In this document: positions 48,221 to 57,764 of the stretch, in pieces
Layout of the letters: each line of letters starts with the position of its first letter
Numbering within the stretch: position 1 is the stretch's first letter
Notes under the pieces: model-generated
Database searches by the model: none
Told to the model about the DNA's origin: nothing
What the model saw: the letters and a program-made list of their open reading frames with translations, nothing else
Made by a program: the position numbers and the translations under genes
Assembly: GCA_903861835.1 (NCBI GenBank)
Contig: CAIOVX010000011.1
Coordinates: forward strand, 66,122-130,121
Direction: 5' to 3'
Length of the DNA stretch: 64,000 nucleotides
From: Candidatus Firestoneibacteriota bacterium
GTDB lineage: Bacteria > Oederibacteriota > D2-FULL-39-29 > CAIOVX01

Positions 48221-48661
48221 ATGAGAATATCCTTCAAGGGCGATTATGCGCTTAAGACTTTGCTTGATCTTGCGCTAAGGATAGATGCAGGACCGGTCAA
48301 GATATTTGAAATTGCAAAGCGGCAGGATATTCCGCTTAAGTATCTTGAACAGCTGCTTTTGCAATTAAAAGGAGCAGGCTTTGTAAACAGCAAGAGAGGC
48401 CAAGACGGGGGTTACTTTCTTGCGAGGCCTGCCGGGCGAATTACGCTTGGCGAAGTAATAAGGGTAATGGAAGGGTTTACTTCTCCGATTACGTGTGTAA
48501 GCCGGAGCTGTTTCGCCCGCTGCACGGATGAGAATAAGTGCCCTTTTCGAGCGACCTGGGAAAAGGTCAGGGATAGCGTAAACGCTATTGTCGATACTAC
48601 GACGATAGCAGATATAGCGCAAAAGGCCGTGAAAGGTGTTGAGGAAGACTATAACATCTGA
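48221..48661 (+). CDS. Rrf2 family transcriptional regulator (IscR/CymR-like)
   Basis: DYAL, IPLKYLEQ, SKRGQDGGYFLARP, Cys-rich C-terminal part. Confidence 0.93.
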   Translation: MRISFKGDYALKTLLDLALRIDAGPVKIFEIAKRQDIPLKYLEQLLLQLKGAGFVNSKRGQDGGYFLARPAGRITLGEVIRVMEGFTSPITCVSRSCFARCTDENKCPFRATWEKVRDSVNAIVDTTTIADIAQKAVKGVEEDYNI

Positions 48662-48870
48662 TGGTTGGAAGGTTAGAGGCTCAGAGGTGTAGATGCGCAG
48701 TAAGTCGGAGGTAAGAAGATCGGATGCGTAAAATCGGTAGACGGTGGACAGAGGACCGAAGGCGGAGGACGGAAGGCAGAAGACAGAAGACAGAAGACAG
48801 AGGACAGAGGACAGTAGACGGGAGGCAGAGGACTGCTGGATGTTTGGATGATTGGAAGGTTGGATGCTCA
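48661..48870 (+). repeat. Composite purine-rich array of 8-bp and 7-bp degenerate repeats
   Basis: 8-mer tract, then GAAGACA/GAGGACA 7-mers, then TGNTTGGA 8-mers. Confidence 0.85.
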
Positions 48871-48928
48871 AAGGCTTTCAGGGTTTGATGCGGGCTGAGG
48901 GTCGAGCTAAAGCGGAGGCTGGATAAAG

Positions 48929-50101
48929 ATGAATGATGACAAAAGAGAGCCCATAAAAGAGAGCCCGAACGGAATAGTGGAAACCAGGTACTATGACTTC
49001 GACTCATTGACGCTTGAGAGCGGCGAAATGCTTTCTCCGGTCAAACTTGCCTATGAAACTTACGGCAGTCTGAATGAGGCAAAAGATAATGCCATACTGC
49101 TGTGCCACGCTTTAAGCGGCGACGCGCATGCGGCAGGATATCATACCGGAGATAAAAAACCCGGTTGGTGGGAGTTTATTATCGGTCCGGGAAGAGCTTT
49201 TGACACGAATAAATACTTTGTCGTCTGTTCAAATGTTATCGGCAGCTGTAACGGTTCCACTGGGCCGGCTTCAATAAATCCAAAGACAGGCAAGAAATAT
49301 GGCATGGATTTTCCGGCAGTATCGATAAGAGATATGGTCAATGCTCAGGCAAAGTTAATGGATTATCTGGGGATTGATAGGTTATTCTCGGTAGCCGGCG
49401 GGTCAATGGGCGGTATGCAGGTGCTGGAATGGGCCTATTCTTACCCTGAGCGCGTGAAGACAGCAATTCCCATAGCTACCACTTTCAGGCACTCCGCCCA
49501 GCAAATAGCATTTAATGTTCTTGGAAGAATAGCGATACAGGACGACCCTGCGTGGAAAAAAGGCGAATACAGCGAAAGTGAAGCTGCGCTTTTGCGCCCG
49601 ATTGGGGCTCTGCAGCCTGCCTCCGGTCTTGGTTTGGCGAGAATGATAGGGCACATTACCTATATGAGCGACGAGGCTATGGAGAGAAAGTTCGGCCGGG
49701 AAGTCAGGAAATTAGACAGCTCCGGTAAACCGATTGACTCTGTATTTGAAGTTGAAAGCTTTCTGCGCCATCAGGGCGTTACTTTTGTGAAGCGTTTTGA
49801 CGCCAATACCTATATCTACATTACGAAAGCTCTGGATAACTTCAACCTCGGGAGCAACCAGGAACTTACCGAACATTTTACAGGCTCGAGGACAAAGTTT
49901 CTGGTTATTTCTTATTCGCATGACTGGATTTATCCCGCGAAGCAGTCAAAAGAAATAGTCAAGGTTCTGAAATACAGCTGGGCAGATGTGACCTATTGCG
50001 AAATATTGCAGGATTACGGCCACGATGCCTTTCTGATTGAACATGCTGAACAGGGCGTTCTTGTGAGCAACTTTCTCGAGAACGTAAGGAAGGGTGAATA
50101 G
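48929..50101 (+). CDS. metX: Homoserine O-acetyltransferase
   Basis: CHALSGDAH, GWW...IGPG, GGSMGGMQ nucleophile elbow, RFDAN, YGHDAFL. Confidence 0.93.
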   Translation: MNDDKREPIKESPNGIVETRYYDFDSLTLESGEMLSPVKLAYETYGSLNEAKDNAILLCHALSGDAHAAGYHTGDKKPGWWEFIIGPGRAFDTNKYFVVCSNVIGSCNGSTGPASINPKTGKKYGMDFPAVSIRDMVNAQAKLMDYLGIDRLFSVAGGSMGGMQVLEWAYSYPERVKTAIPIATTFRHSAQQIAFNVLGRIAIQDDPAWKKGEYSESEAALLRPIGALQPASGLGLARMIGHITYMSDEAMERKFGREVRKLDSSGKPIDSVFEVESFLRHQGVTFVKRFDANTYIYITKALDNFNLGSNQELTEHFTGSRTKFLVISYSHDWIYPAKQSKEIVKVLKYSWADVTYCEILQDYGHDAFLIEHAEQGVLVSNFLENVRKGE

Positions 50102-50680
50102 ATGGAAAGATTTGATTACATAATAATAGCTGATATGGTCAAGAATGGTTCTAAAGTCCTTGATCTCGGGTCGGGAGATGGCAGACTACTCCGCCACCTT
50201 ATGGATTACAATGAAGTAAAAGGAGTCGGCATTGAGTCTGACGAAAAAGTTATTTATGAGAGCGTAAGGAACGGCGTTACGGTCGAGCATGCAGATATTG
50301 ATGAAGCCTTGAAGGATTTCTCTAAAGGCTTCTTTGATTACGTCATAATTAACTTCACGCTCCAGGAAACGAGGCATCCGAACCTGGTGATTCGCGAAGC
50401 GTTGCGTGTCGGGAAGAAAGTCATAGTCTCATTTCCTAATTTCGCCTATTACAAGGTCAGGTTTTCACTTGGAATACTGGGCAAAACTCCCAGGACCGCC
50501 GCGCTGCCTTACAGGTGGGATGAATCGCCCAACCTGCACTACTTTACGATAAAAGATTTTGAGATCTTCTGTAAAGAGGAAAAGAAGGTGATTGAGAGGT
50601 TTGTAGGTTTTACGGGTCACAGCCGGATACCCTTTTGCCAGAACCTTCTTGCCGAAAAAGCGGTTTTTATGATAGCATAG
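50102..50680 (+). CDS. metW: Methionine biosynthesis protein MetW
   Basis: VLDLGSGDG, IVSFPNFAY, LPYRW..SPNLH; adjacent to metX. Confidence 0.92.
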   Translation: MERFDYIIIADMVKNGSKVLDLGSGDGRLLRHLMDYNEVKGVGIESDEKVIYESVRNGVTVEHADIDEALKDFSKGFFDYVIINFTLQETRHPNLVIREALRVGKKVIVSFPNFAYYKVRFSLGILGKTPRTAALPYRWDESPNLHYFTIKDFEIFCKEEKKVIERFVGFTGHSRIPFCQNLLAEKAVFMIA

Positions 50681-50684
50681 ACCT

Positions 50685-50963
50685 ATGAGGATAAAAGTAT
50701 TAATTCCGGCGTATTTCCGTCACTTAACGGCCGAAAAAGCAGAGATACTCTGCGCTGTGCCTACCGCAAAAGCCAACCTGAAGCATTTATTCGACGAATT
50801 AGAGAAGCTGCACCCGGGACTTAAGTCTGCTGTATTTGGCAGCGACGGCAGGCCGAAAAGATTCTCGGGGCTGCTGATCAATTCAAGACCCTATCAAAAT
50901 ATTTATGCCGAACTTGTTGATAACGATATTGTTGAAGTTACTTCGGTTGTGGTCCAGGAATAA
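50685..50963 (+). CDS. MoaD/ThiS-like beta-grasp protein lacking the C-terminal Gly-Gly
   Basis: IKVLIPAYFR, LEKLHPGL, LLIN, LVDNDIVEV; ends VVVQE. Confidence 0.65.
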   Translation: MRIKVLIPAYFRHLTAEKAEILCAVPTAKANLKHLFDELEKLHPGLKSAVFGSDGRPKRFSGLLINSRPYQNIYAELVDNDIVEVTSVVVQE

Positions 50964-50993
50964 ATAATGCCGGAAAGTATTCAGGGAGCCTAA

Positions 50994-51671
50994 ATGAAAC
51001 CCGTGATAGAACTGAGGAATATAACCAAGATTTATCTGACAGGCAACGTTGAATTTGCGGCGCTCAAATCCGTGAATTTAACGGTGCAGGAAGGGGATTT
51101 CACGGCCATTATGGGCCACTCAGGGTCAGGAAAATCGACCTGCATGAATATAATAGGCTGCCTTGACCGGCCTACTTCCGGCGAATATTTATTCGGCGGC
51201 GAGAACGTAAGCAAGCTATCCGATTCACAGCTCGCAGAAGTGAGAAATAAAAAGATTGGTTTTGTTTTCCAGTCCTTTAATTTGCTGGCAAGAACGTCGG
51301 CGGTCCAGAATGTGGAACTGCCGCTGGTCTATTCGGGAGCAAAGAACAGAAGACAGAAGGCCGAGAGCGCGCTCATCAGCGTCGGGCTCGCAGAGAAATT
51401 TGCCAACAAACCGAACGAACTTTCCGGCGGGCAGCAACAGAGAGTTGCAATAGCCCGCGCGCTTGTGAATGATCCGCCTGTAATTCTTGCGGATGAGCCG
51501 ACAGGGAATCTTGATTCGAAATCAGGTGAAGAGATAATGAAGATATTTAAAGCGTTAAATGAAAAAGGTAAGACAATAGTGTTGATTACTCACGAACCGG
51601 ATATCGCGGCTTTTGCCAAAAAACGCGTTTATTTTAAGGATGGGGAAATAATAAAGACAGAGGGGGAATGA
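50994..51671 (+). CDS. MacB/LolD-type ABC transporter ATP-binding protein
   Basis: [37 protein letters not shown]. Confidence 0.93.
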   Translation: MKPVIELRNITKIYLTGNVEFAALKSVNLTVQEGDFTAIMGHSGSGKSTCMNIIGCLDRPTSGEYLFGGENVSKLSDSQLAEVRNKKIGFVFQSFNLLARTSAVQNVELPLVYSGAKNRRQKAESALISVGLAEKFANKPNELSGGQQQRVAIARALVNDPPVILADEPTGNLDSKSGEEIMKIFKALNEKGKTIVLITHEPDIAAFAKKRVYFKDGEIIKTEGE

Positions 51672-52972
51672 TGAAACTCGCTAAACTGCTTGCGGCGCTT
51701 GCGCTCTGCTCGGTATCTTTAGCCGCAGGGTTGAGTCTTGAAGAATGCGTGCAGTCTGCTGTAGAAAACAATAATGATATTAAGGCGCTAAAAAGCGCTT
51801 TTGAAGCCAGCGCGGCCAGGACCAACCAGGTCCGTGCCGCTTACTTTCCGCAATTGAACGGTTCCGTTGGTTTCAATCGAACCGTAACCCCGCTGGCAAC
51901 GAGTTTTGGTTCACTGCTTTCAAGTATTCCCGGTATCGGCAGCACTTCGGATGTAATTACCTATTCTGCCGGCGTTTCTGCTCAAATGATTATTTATGAT
52001 TTTGGCAGGACCGGGGCGGCCGAGAAGCAGGCATATGCCGGAGAGCAATCAGCGCTGCTTCGCTATGAGCAGAAAAAACAGGAAATTGCTTACGCCGTAA
52101 AAAAGGCCTACTACGGGGTTCTGCAGTCCGTGGAACTTCTGAAACTTTCTGAAGTGACAAAAAAAGAGATGAAAAGTTTATACGATTCAGTCAGGGAGAG
52201 GCAGGGACAGGGTATGGCAACGCCGGTTGATGCCTTAAACGCCGAATCCGAGTACGTGAAATATTCAGCCGAAACCTCCAAGGCAAAGCGCGGAGCGGAG
52301 CTGGCAGCGGATTCGCTCGCAGTCCTGCTTGGTAAGAAAGCGGGTGAGAACGTTCGCCTTGCTGAGGAAGCTCTCCCGGCCGTCGAAAGCTCGCCGCTTG
52401 GCATAAAGAACCTGGATAAATGTTTTGAGTATGCTCGAAATAACCGGTTAGACTTTCAGGTATCGGCGCTTTTAATCGCTTCTGCAGACGCATCTGTCTC
52501 AGGCGCTTGTTCCGACTGGTTGCCTTCGCTCTCAGGCACCGCAAGGTATGACCTTTCAGGCCAACAGCTTCCTCTTGATCAGGGCGGATATTCTTACGGG
52601 ATAAATCTAAATCTACCGCTTTTCTCCGGTTTTTCCAGCAGCGCAAAGCTGGCTGCAGCCGAGGCTGATAAGAAGAACGCCGAATCCTCCGCTGCGGCGC
52701 TGCGGGAGTCGCTCTTGCTTCAGGTGAAGACAAATTACTACGGTGTTCTGGATAAAGGCGAAGATGCCTACACGGCAGGCAAAAAAGAAGAGTATCTTGT
52801 GCGCAATTATGAGGGTATGAAAGCGAAGTATGACGCCGGGCTAGCGAGCATAACTGACCTCATAGACGCCGAATCAAAAAAGGCGGCAGGCGTTACGGAC
52901 AGCCGGCAGTCGCTCTTTAATTACAGGATGCAGTTGAATGAACTTGAATACTCTATCGGAGGGGTAAAGTAA
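51668..52972 (+). CDS. TolC family outer-membrane efflux protein
   Basis: Signal peptide, LSLEECV, YFPQL, PLFSGF, YDAGLASITDLIDA. Confidence 0.88.
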   Translation: MMKLAKLLAALALCSVSLAAGLSLEECVQSAVENNNDIKALKSAFEASAARTNQVRAAYFPQLNGSVGFNRTVTPLATSFGSLLSSIPGIGSTSDVITYSAGVSAQMIIYDFGRTGAAEKQAYAGEQSALLRYEQKKQEIAYAVKKAYYGVLQSVELLKLSEVTKKEMKSLYDSVRERQGQGMATPVDALNAESEYVKYSAETSKAKRGAELAADSLAVLLGKKAGENVRLAEEALPAVESSPLGIKNLDKCFEYARNNRLDFQVSALLIASADASVSGACSDWLPSLSGTARYDLSGQQLPLDQGGYSYGINLNLPLFSGFSSSAKLAAAEADKKNAESSAAALRESLLLQVKTNYYGVLDKGEDAYTAGKKEEYLVRNYEGMKAKYDAGLASITDLIDAESKKAAGVTDSRQSLFNYRMQLNELEYSIGGVK

Positions 52973-53919
52973 TGAAGAAACCTGTTATTGCGGGACTTGC
53001 GGTTGTCGCTTTAGGCGTTATTTTTTTCACGCTGGGCTGTGTCGGAAACGGCGGGCAGGAAGTAAACACCGTGAAAGCGGTAAGAGGTAACCTGACCGTC
53101 AAAGTCCAGTCGACCGGAACAGTGAGATCAAATAATGAAGCAAAATTGACAACCGTTTCTTCGGGGAGGGTAAGCGATATCTTTGTTGCTGAGAATGAGC
53201 CGGTTGCGAAAGATAAAGTCCTGTTGAAACTTGATTCAACGGCCCAGGCCGAAAAGGATTATAAAAGAGCGGCAGCGCTTGCCTCGAAAGGCTTTATGCC
53301 TTCCCAGTCGGCCGAGCAGGCTAAAGAACTGTGGAAGAACACCTATATAGCGGCTCCATTTAGCGGCACGATTGTTAAGAAATTTGTCGAAGTCGGTGAA
53401 ACCATTTACGGCGGCAACCAGGCCTTCTTGCTTGCCGATTTAAATGAAATGACTGTCGAGAGCAACATTGATGAATCTGACATAGGCCAGGTCAGCGCCG
53501 GTCAGGACGCCGAGGTAGTACTGGACGCGTACAAAGACACAAAACTTCACGGCAAAGTAACCTTTATTGCAAGGAGCAGTCTTGAGGTGAAGGAGAAGGG
53601 TATAACCTACCTGGTCAAGATAAAGCTCGATCCTTCGGAAAAAACGTTAAGGCTCGGAATGACAGGCGATGTTTATATTAATGCGGCCACCAAGCCGGCG
53701 GTAATAATACTTCCGTATACAGCTATAGGCGACGATAAGGACGGCAGGTATGTGCTGGCTGTTGAAAAGGACAAGGCTGTCAGGAAAACAGTTCAAACGG
53801 GCCTGGAAAGTTACGACAGCACGGAGATAGTCTCCGGGATTAAAGAAGGGGAGACAGTGATAGAGAATAATCTTTCAAAGGTCAAAGCCGGAGCGAAAGT
53901 AAGGGCCGCAAAAAAATGA
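52972..53919 (+). CDS. MacA-like periplasmic adaptor
   Basis: SGRV...V, IAAPFSGTI, IDESDIGQV, LRLGMT. Confidence 0.88.
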   Translation: MKKPVIAGLAVVALGVIFFTLGCVGNGGQEVNTVKAVRGNLTVKVQSTGTVRSNNEAKLTTVSSGRVSDIFVAENEPVAKDKVLLKLDSTAQAEKDYKRAAALASKGFMPSQSAEQAKELWKNTYIAAPFSGTIVKKFVEVGETIYGGNQAFLLADLNEMTVESNIDESDIGQVSAGQDAEVVLDAYKDTKLHGKVTFIARSSLEVKEKGITYLVKIKLDPSEKTLRLGMTGDVYINAATKPAVIILPYTAIGDDKDGRYVLAVEKDKAVRKTVQTGLESYDSTEIVSGIKEGETVIENNLSKVKAGAKVRAAKK

Positions 53920-55130
53920 ACCTAAAGGAAAGCCTCTTCATATCCTACAAAAACATCTCTTCCAACAAAGTAAGATCAATACTCACAATGCTCGGAATAA
54001 TTATCGGTGTTATGTCCATAGTCCTGCTCATTTCCGTCATCGCGGGTACCCAGGATAAAATAGAAGGCGAGATCAGGTCAATGGGCTCAAATGTGCTTAT
54101 GTGCATTCCCGGGAATTCCGAAGAGATGCACGGGCCGCCCGGCACCATGACTGTCAATAAATTCAAACTTAAGTTCGTTGACCTCATCGAGACAAAGAGC
54201 AGCTTCGGGGTTAAAGCCACTCCGGTAGCGATAAATGTCGGGAGTATCGTAAAATACAAGAGCAAAAGCAAGAATGACGTTATGCTTGCCGGGACCTACT
54301 CAAACTTTCCTTATGTGCGTAACTGGAACGTGGCAACGGGCAACTATTTCAGGGATGAAGATGTAAGGTCGGCCCGCAAGGTCTGCGTAATCGGCGAGAC
54401 GGTGGTTAAGGACCTTTACGGAGGGAATGACCCTATAGGCAAAGAAATAATGCTGGCGGGCAACAGGTTTACGGTCATCGGGGTAACAGAAAAAAAAGGA
54501 CGTACTATGGGACAGGACAGCGACAATCTTGCCGCCATGCCTATAACCACGCTGCATGAACTTCTCGGCACGCAGCAAATCAATCAGATACTTGTTAAAG
54601 TCCCGGATCCCGGCAATGTTACGAAGGCCTTCGGCGAAATAAAAAAAGTTATGCTCACCCAACTGGATAAGCAGGATTTCACGTTGAGAAGTTCCAGCGA
54701 ACTGCTTAATACTTTCATGATATTTACAAATATTCTGAGCGTGGTAATGGGCTGTGTCGCGGGTATTGCGCTTTTTGTGGGCGGCATTGGCATAATGAAT
54801 ATCATGCTGGTAACCGTGAAGGAGCGCACGCGGGAAATCGGTATTCGCAAGGCGGTTGGAGCCAGATACAGCGATATCCTGATTCAGTTCATCAGCGAGG
54901 CCGTGATTCTTTCGGTCAGCGGCGGGGTTATCGGCATCCTAATTTCGATTGGGCTAATCTCCGGGGTGATGGCAGTGCTCGGGGACAAGATGCCGATGCC
55001 GTTAAAAGCCAATACAACATCTATCATAGTCGCGTTCCTTTTCTCGACGGCAGTCGGAGTCTTCTTCGGCACCTATCCGGCCGTTAAGGCGGCGAAGACG
55101 GATCCGATAGTGGCTCTAAGGTATGAATAA
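53916..55130 (+). CDS. MacB/FtsX-like ABC permease
   Basis: RSILTMLGIIIGV, GGIGIMNIMLVTVKERTREIGIRKAVGA, DPIVALRYE. Confidence 0.93.
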   Translation: MNLKESLFISYKNISSNKVRSILTMLGIIIGVMSIVLLISVIAGTQDKIEGEIRSMGSNVLMCIPGNSEEMHGPPGTMTVNKFKLKFVDLIETKSSFGVKATPVAINVGSIVKYKSKSKNDVMLAGTYSNFPYVRNWNVATGNYFRDEDVRSARKVCVIGETVVKDLYGGNDPIGKEIMLAGNRFTVIGVTEKKGRTMGQDSDNLAAMPITTLHELLGTQQINQILVKVPDPGNVTKAFGEIKKVMLTQLDKQDFTLRSSSELLNTFMIFTNILSVVMGCVAGIALFVGGIGIMNIMLVTVKERTREIGIRKAVGARYSDILIQFISEAVILSVSGGVIGILISIGLISGVMAVLGDKMPMPLKANTTSIIVAFLFSTAVGVFFGTYPAVKAAKTDPIVALRYE

Positions 55131-55138
55131 AATAAAAA

Positions 55139-55280
55139 GTTTGTAACGTTTGTAATGTTCTTAACGTTCTTAACGTTCATAACGTAAAGCAATAAATACG
55201 AGTATTGCGGAGCAAATAGGCGTATTTTGAAATATGCGAATTACGTTATAAACCTTACAAACGTTATGAACGTTAGAAAC
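55139..55280. repeat. Two-armed 9-bp repeat element
   Basis: Five GTTyDTAAy units (55139-55183), two small internal hairpins, four inverted units (55245-55280). Confidence 0.9.
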
Positions 55281-55302
55281 GAATTAGTGTTTTGGAGTTC
55301 TC

Positions 55303-56505
55303 GTGAACTTAATTGAAAGCCTTAAACTTGCCATATCCAGCCTAAAAATGAACAAGATGAGGACCTTCCTCACCCTGCTTGGTATTGTTATCGGCGTTAT
55401 GGCAATAATACTCCTTGTCTCGGTAATCACCGGTTCAAGATCGAAGATTGAAGATGAAATGCAGGCCATGGGTACGAACATGCTAACGGTAATACCCGGA
55501 AACAGCGAGGCGCAGATGGGGCCGCCAGGAACCTATACAACGAACCGCCTAAAGATGCGTCATGTGGACCTAATAAACAACAAGAGCGCTTTCGGCGCCG
55601 ATGCCTGCCCCGAATACGACATTATGGGAGTGAACGTAAAGTACAAGAACGAGAGCCGGAATGTAAGTTTTGTTTCCGGGATGGGGAGCAATTTTGAGAA
55701 GGTATTCACCTGGAAGATTGATAAAGGGGCTTTCTTTAGAGAGGAAGACGTTAAGGCGGCAAGAAAAGTCGCTATAATAGGAGTGACTGTTGTTAAGAAT
55801 ATCTTCAAAGGAGTTAACCCCACAGGTAAATATATTTCAGTCAGGGGAATAAAGTTTAGGGTAATAGGCGTAATGGAAGAGAAGGGGAGTTTCTTCGGCA
55901 TGGACATGGACGACGCTATCTATATGCCTATCACGACAGCGCAAAATCTTGGAGGCTCGGATGATGTCCACCAGATAACGGTACGCATCCCTGACCCGAA
56001 ACAGATTGACTTCGCCAAGGCTGACACCAAAAGACTGCTTTTAACAATGCTTGACAAAAACGACTTTTCCGTCATGACCCAGGGTGAATCCCTGGACATG
56101 CTTAAAGACATTATGTCCGTAATGGAACTTATTACCTATGTTATCGCGATGATTTCACTGCTGGTCGGGGGCATTGGTATAATGAATATCATGCTTGTCA
56201 CCGTGACAGAACGGACCAGAGAGATAGGCATAAGAAAGGCGGTAGGGGCGTCGGCCGGGAATATTCTCGCGCAGTTTATCGTGGAAGCTGTAATAGTGTC
56301 AGTAACCGGAGGGCTAATCGGAATATTAATTTCCATAACTATTCTGGCTATACTCACTCCTATGATACCTTTCCCGGTTAAAGCTTCGGGAGTTTCAATT
56401 ATTGTTTCATTTGTATTCTCCTCTTTGATAGGAATATTTTTCGGGACCTATCCCGCGGTCAAGGCCTCAAAAATAGATCCGATTGCGGCGATGAGATACG
56501 AGTAG
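55303..56505 (+). CDS. MacB/FtsX-like ABC permease (second paralogue)
   Basis: Same motifs as 53916-55130; DPIAAMRYE. Confidence 0.93.
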   Translation: MNLIESLKLAISSLKMNKMRTFLTLLGIVIGVMAIILLVSVITGSRSKIEDEMQAMGTNMLTVIPGNSEAQMGPPGTYTTNRLKMRHVDLINNKSAFGADACPEYDIMGVNVKYKNESRNVSFVSGMGSNFEKVFTWKIDKGAFFREEDVKAARKVAIIGVTVVKNIFKGVNPTGKYISVRGIKFRVIGVMEEKGSFFGMDMDDAIYMPITTAQNLGGSDDVHQITVRIPDPKQIDFAKADTKRLLLTMLDKNDFSVMTQGESLDMLKDIMSVMELITYVIAMISLLVGGIGIMNIMLVTVTERTREIGIRKAVGASAGNILAQFIVEAVIVSVTGGLIGILISITILAILTPMIPFPVKASGVSIIVSFVFSSLIGIFFGTYPAVKASKIDPIAAMRYE

Positions 56506-56515
56506 TTAACAAAAA

Positions 56516-56557
56516 GTTTGTAAGGTTTGTAAGGTTAATAAGGTTCATAATGTCAAG
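56516..56557 (+). repeat. 9-bp tandem repeat after the permease stop
   Basis: GTTTGTAAG GTTTGTAAG GTTAATAAG GTTCATAAT GTCAAG. Confidence 0.8.
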
Positions 56558-56618
56558 AGAGTTAAAGCCCATTTTTAAGTGCCGGGCCGGTAAAATTGCA
56601 GCAGGGAGGGGTCAATAC

Positions 56619-57380
56619 ATGGCAGAAGAAGAAAAAGTGACAAAGAAAACATCCGTTGCTTTTGGAATTCTAAAATGGGGCGGGATAACAGCCGGAGTGC
56701 TTGTACTCGCGGCGGCAGTTTTTATTCTGCCAATGGCAAGGACTATGATGAGCTTCCGGCCCGCGCCGACAGGCGCCGTGACTCCGGAGTTCTTCGCGGT
56801 AAACAACAAGTTCGTAGATTTCTTCGTCTTCAAGTCAGGCGATGAGTTGTTTTGTTTTGACGCGGGTAACAGCGTCGCGCAAGTCCTGGAAGGATTCAAG
56901 GAACTCGGGCTGGAGCCCTCTAAAGTAAAGGCGGTTTTTCTGACTCATTCCGACGGCGATCACGTAAACGGGCTTCCCGCATTTGTAAACGCGGCAGTTT
57001 ACCTTCCTGCGGCGGAGGAACCGCTGGTGACGGGGACAAAGAAAAGGCATTTTATGTTTATGGAAAGAATAAATACCCTGCCGGTTTTAAAGTACACGCT
57101 TATCAAGGACGGGGAAAGAGTGAAAATAGGGAAAGGCGTATGCGAGGCGATCCTCACGCCCGGACATACGATAGGTTCAACCTCATTTCTTGTTAACGGG
57201 AAATATCTGATAGTCGGAGACCTTGCGATAATAAAAAACGGCAAACTTGTTGCGATGCCCAAGCCTCCTTCGGAAGCTCCGGCTGTCATAGCAGAATCGT
57301 TAAAGAAAGTGGAAGCATTCAAGGGTGTTGAATATGTGGCAACGGCGCATGCCGGAGTTTTGAAATTGCAAAAGAATTAG
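56619..57380 (+). CDS. Membrane-anchored metallo-beta-lactamase-fold hydrolase
   Basis: THSDGDH, TPGHTIGS, VGD, ATAH; ATG after GGGAGG (track start 56550). Confidence 0.88.
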   Translation: MAEEEKVTKKTSVAFGILKWGGITAGVLVLAAAVFILPMARTMMSFRPAPTGAVTPEFFAVNNKFVDFFVFKSGDELFCFDAGNSVAQVLEGFKELGLEPSKVKAVFLTHSDGDHVNGLPAFVNAAVYLPAAEEPLVTGTKKRHFMFMERINTLPVLKYTLIKDGERVKIGKGVCEAILTPGHTIGSTSFLVNGKYLIVGDLAIIKNGKLVAMPKPPSEAPAVIAESLKKVEAFKGVEYVATAHAGVLKLQKN

Positions 57381-57402
57381 TTTGGAATAGACGGCTGTAG
57401 AA

Positions 57403-57737
57403 CAAAATTCGAAATTCGAAGTACGAAATTCGAAACAAAACAGGATTAAGCACCAAATCACAAGCACCAGGCACCAGAAGTTCAAGCACCAAATCTCAAG
57501 CATCAAGCACCAAAGGTTCAAGCACCAAATCTCAAGCACCAAGCACCAAATAAACACCAAAACGCAAAAACATAAGAAAACAAAGAACCTAGTATTTCTA
57601 TTTTTCGTTTTTCTGTCTTTTTGTCTTTATTTGGGATTTGGTGCTTGTGATTTGTAATTTAGTCTTAAGTGATTTGGTGCTTGTGATTTGTGATTTAGTC
57701 TTAGGTGATTTGGAGCTTGAGATTTGCGGTTTGAAGC
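57403..57737. repeat. Large heptamer-built inverted repeat with three 36-bp units per arm
   Basis: Left units at 57445/57481/57517 (AAGCACC AAATCwC), right units at 57635/57671/57707 (GATTTGGTGCTTGT); preceded by AAATTCG 7-mers. Confidence 0.92.
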
Positions 57738-57764
57738 AATTACTAAATTACAGGGAGAATATTT

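Noticed and set aside
48662..48928. SAM riboswitch or T-box before metX
   Set aside because: No S-box or T-box consensus and no terminator; the region is repeat-derived
48365..49007. ORFs 48365-48871 and 48681-49007 (-)
   Set aside because: Low-complexity translations (LSSVLCLLSSVF) produced by the heptamer repeats, overlapping rrf2 or metX
57300..57560. 86-aa ORF with IWCL repeats
   Set aside because: Artefact of translating the repeat arm
57445..57737. CRISPR array (36-bp units)
   Set aside because: Units are contiguous with no spacers, arranged as inverted arms, and no cas genes are present
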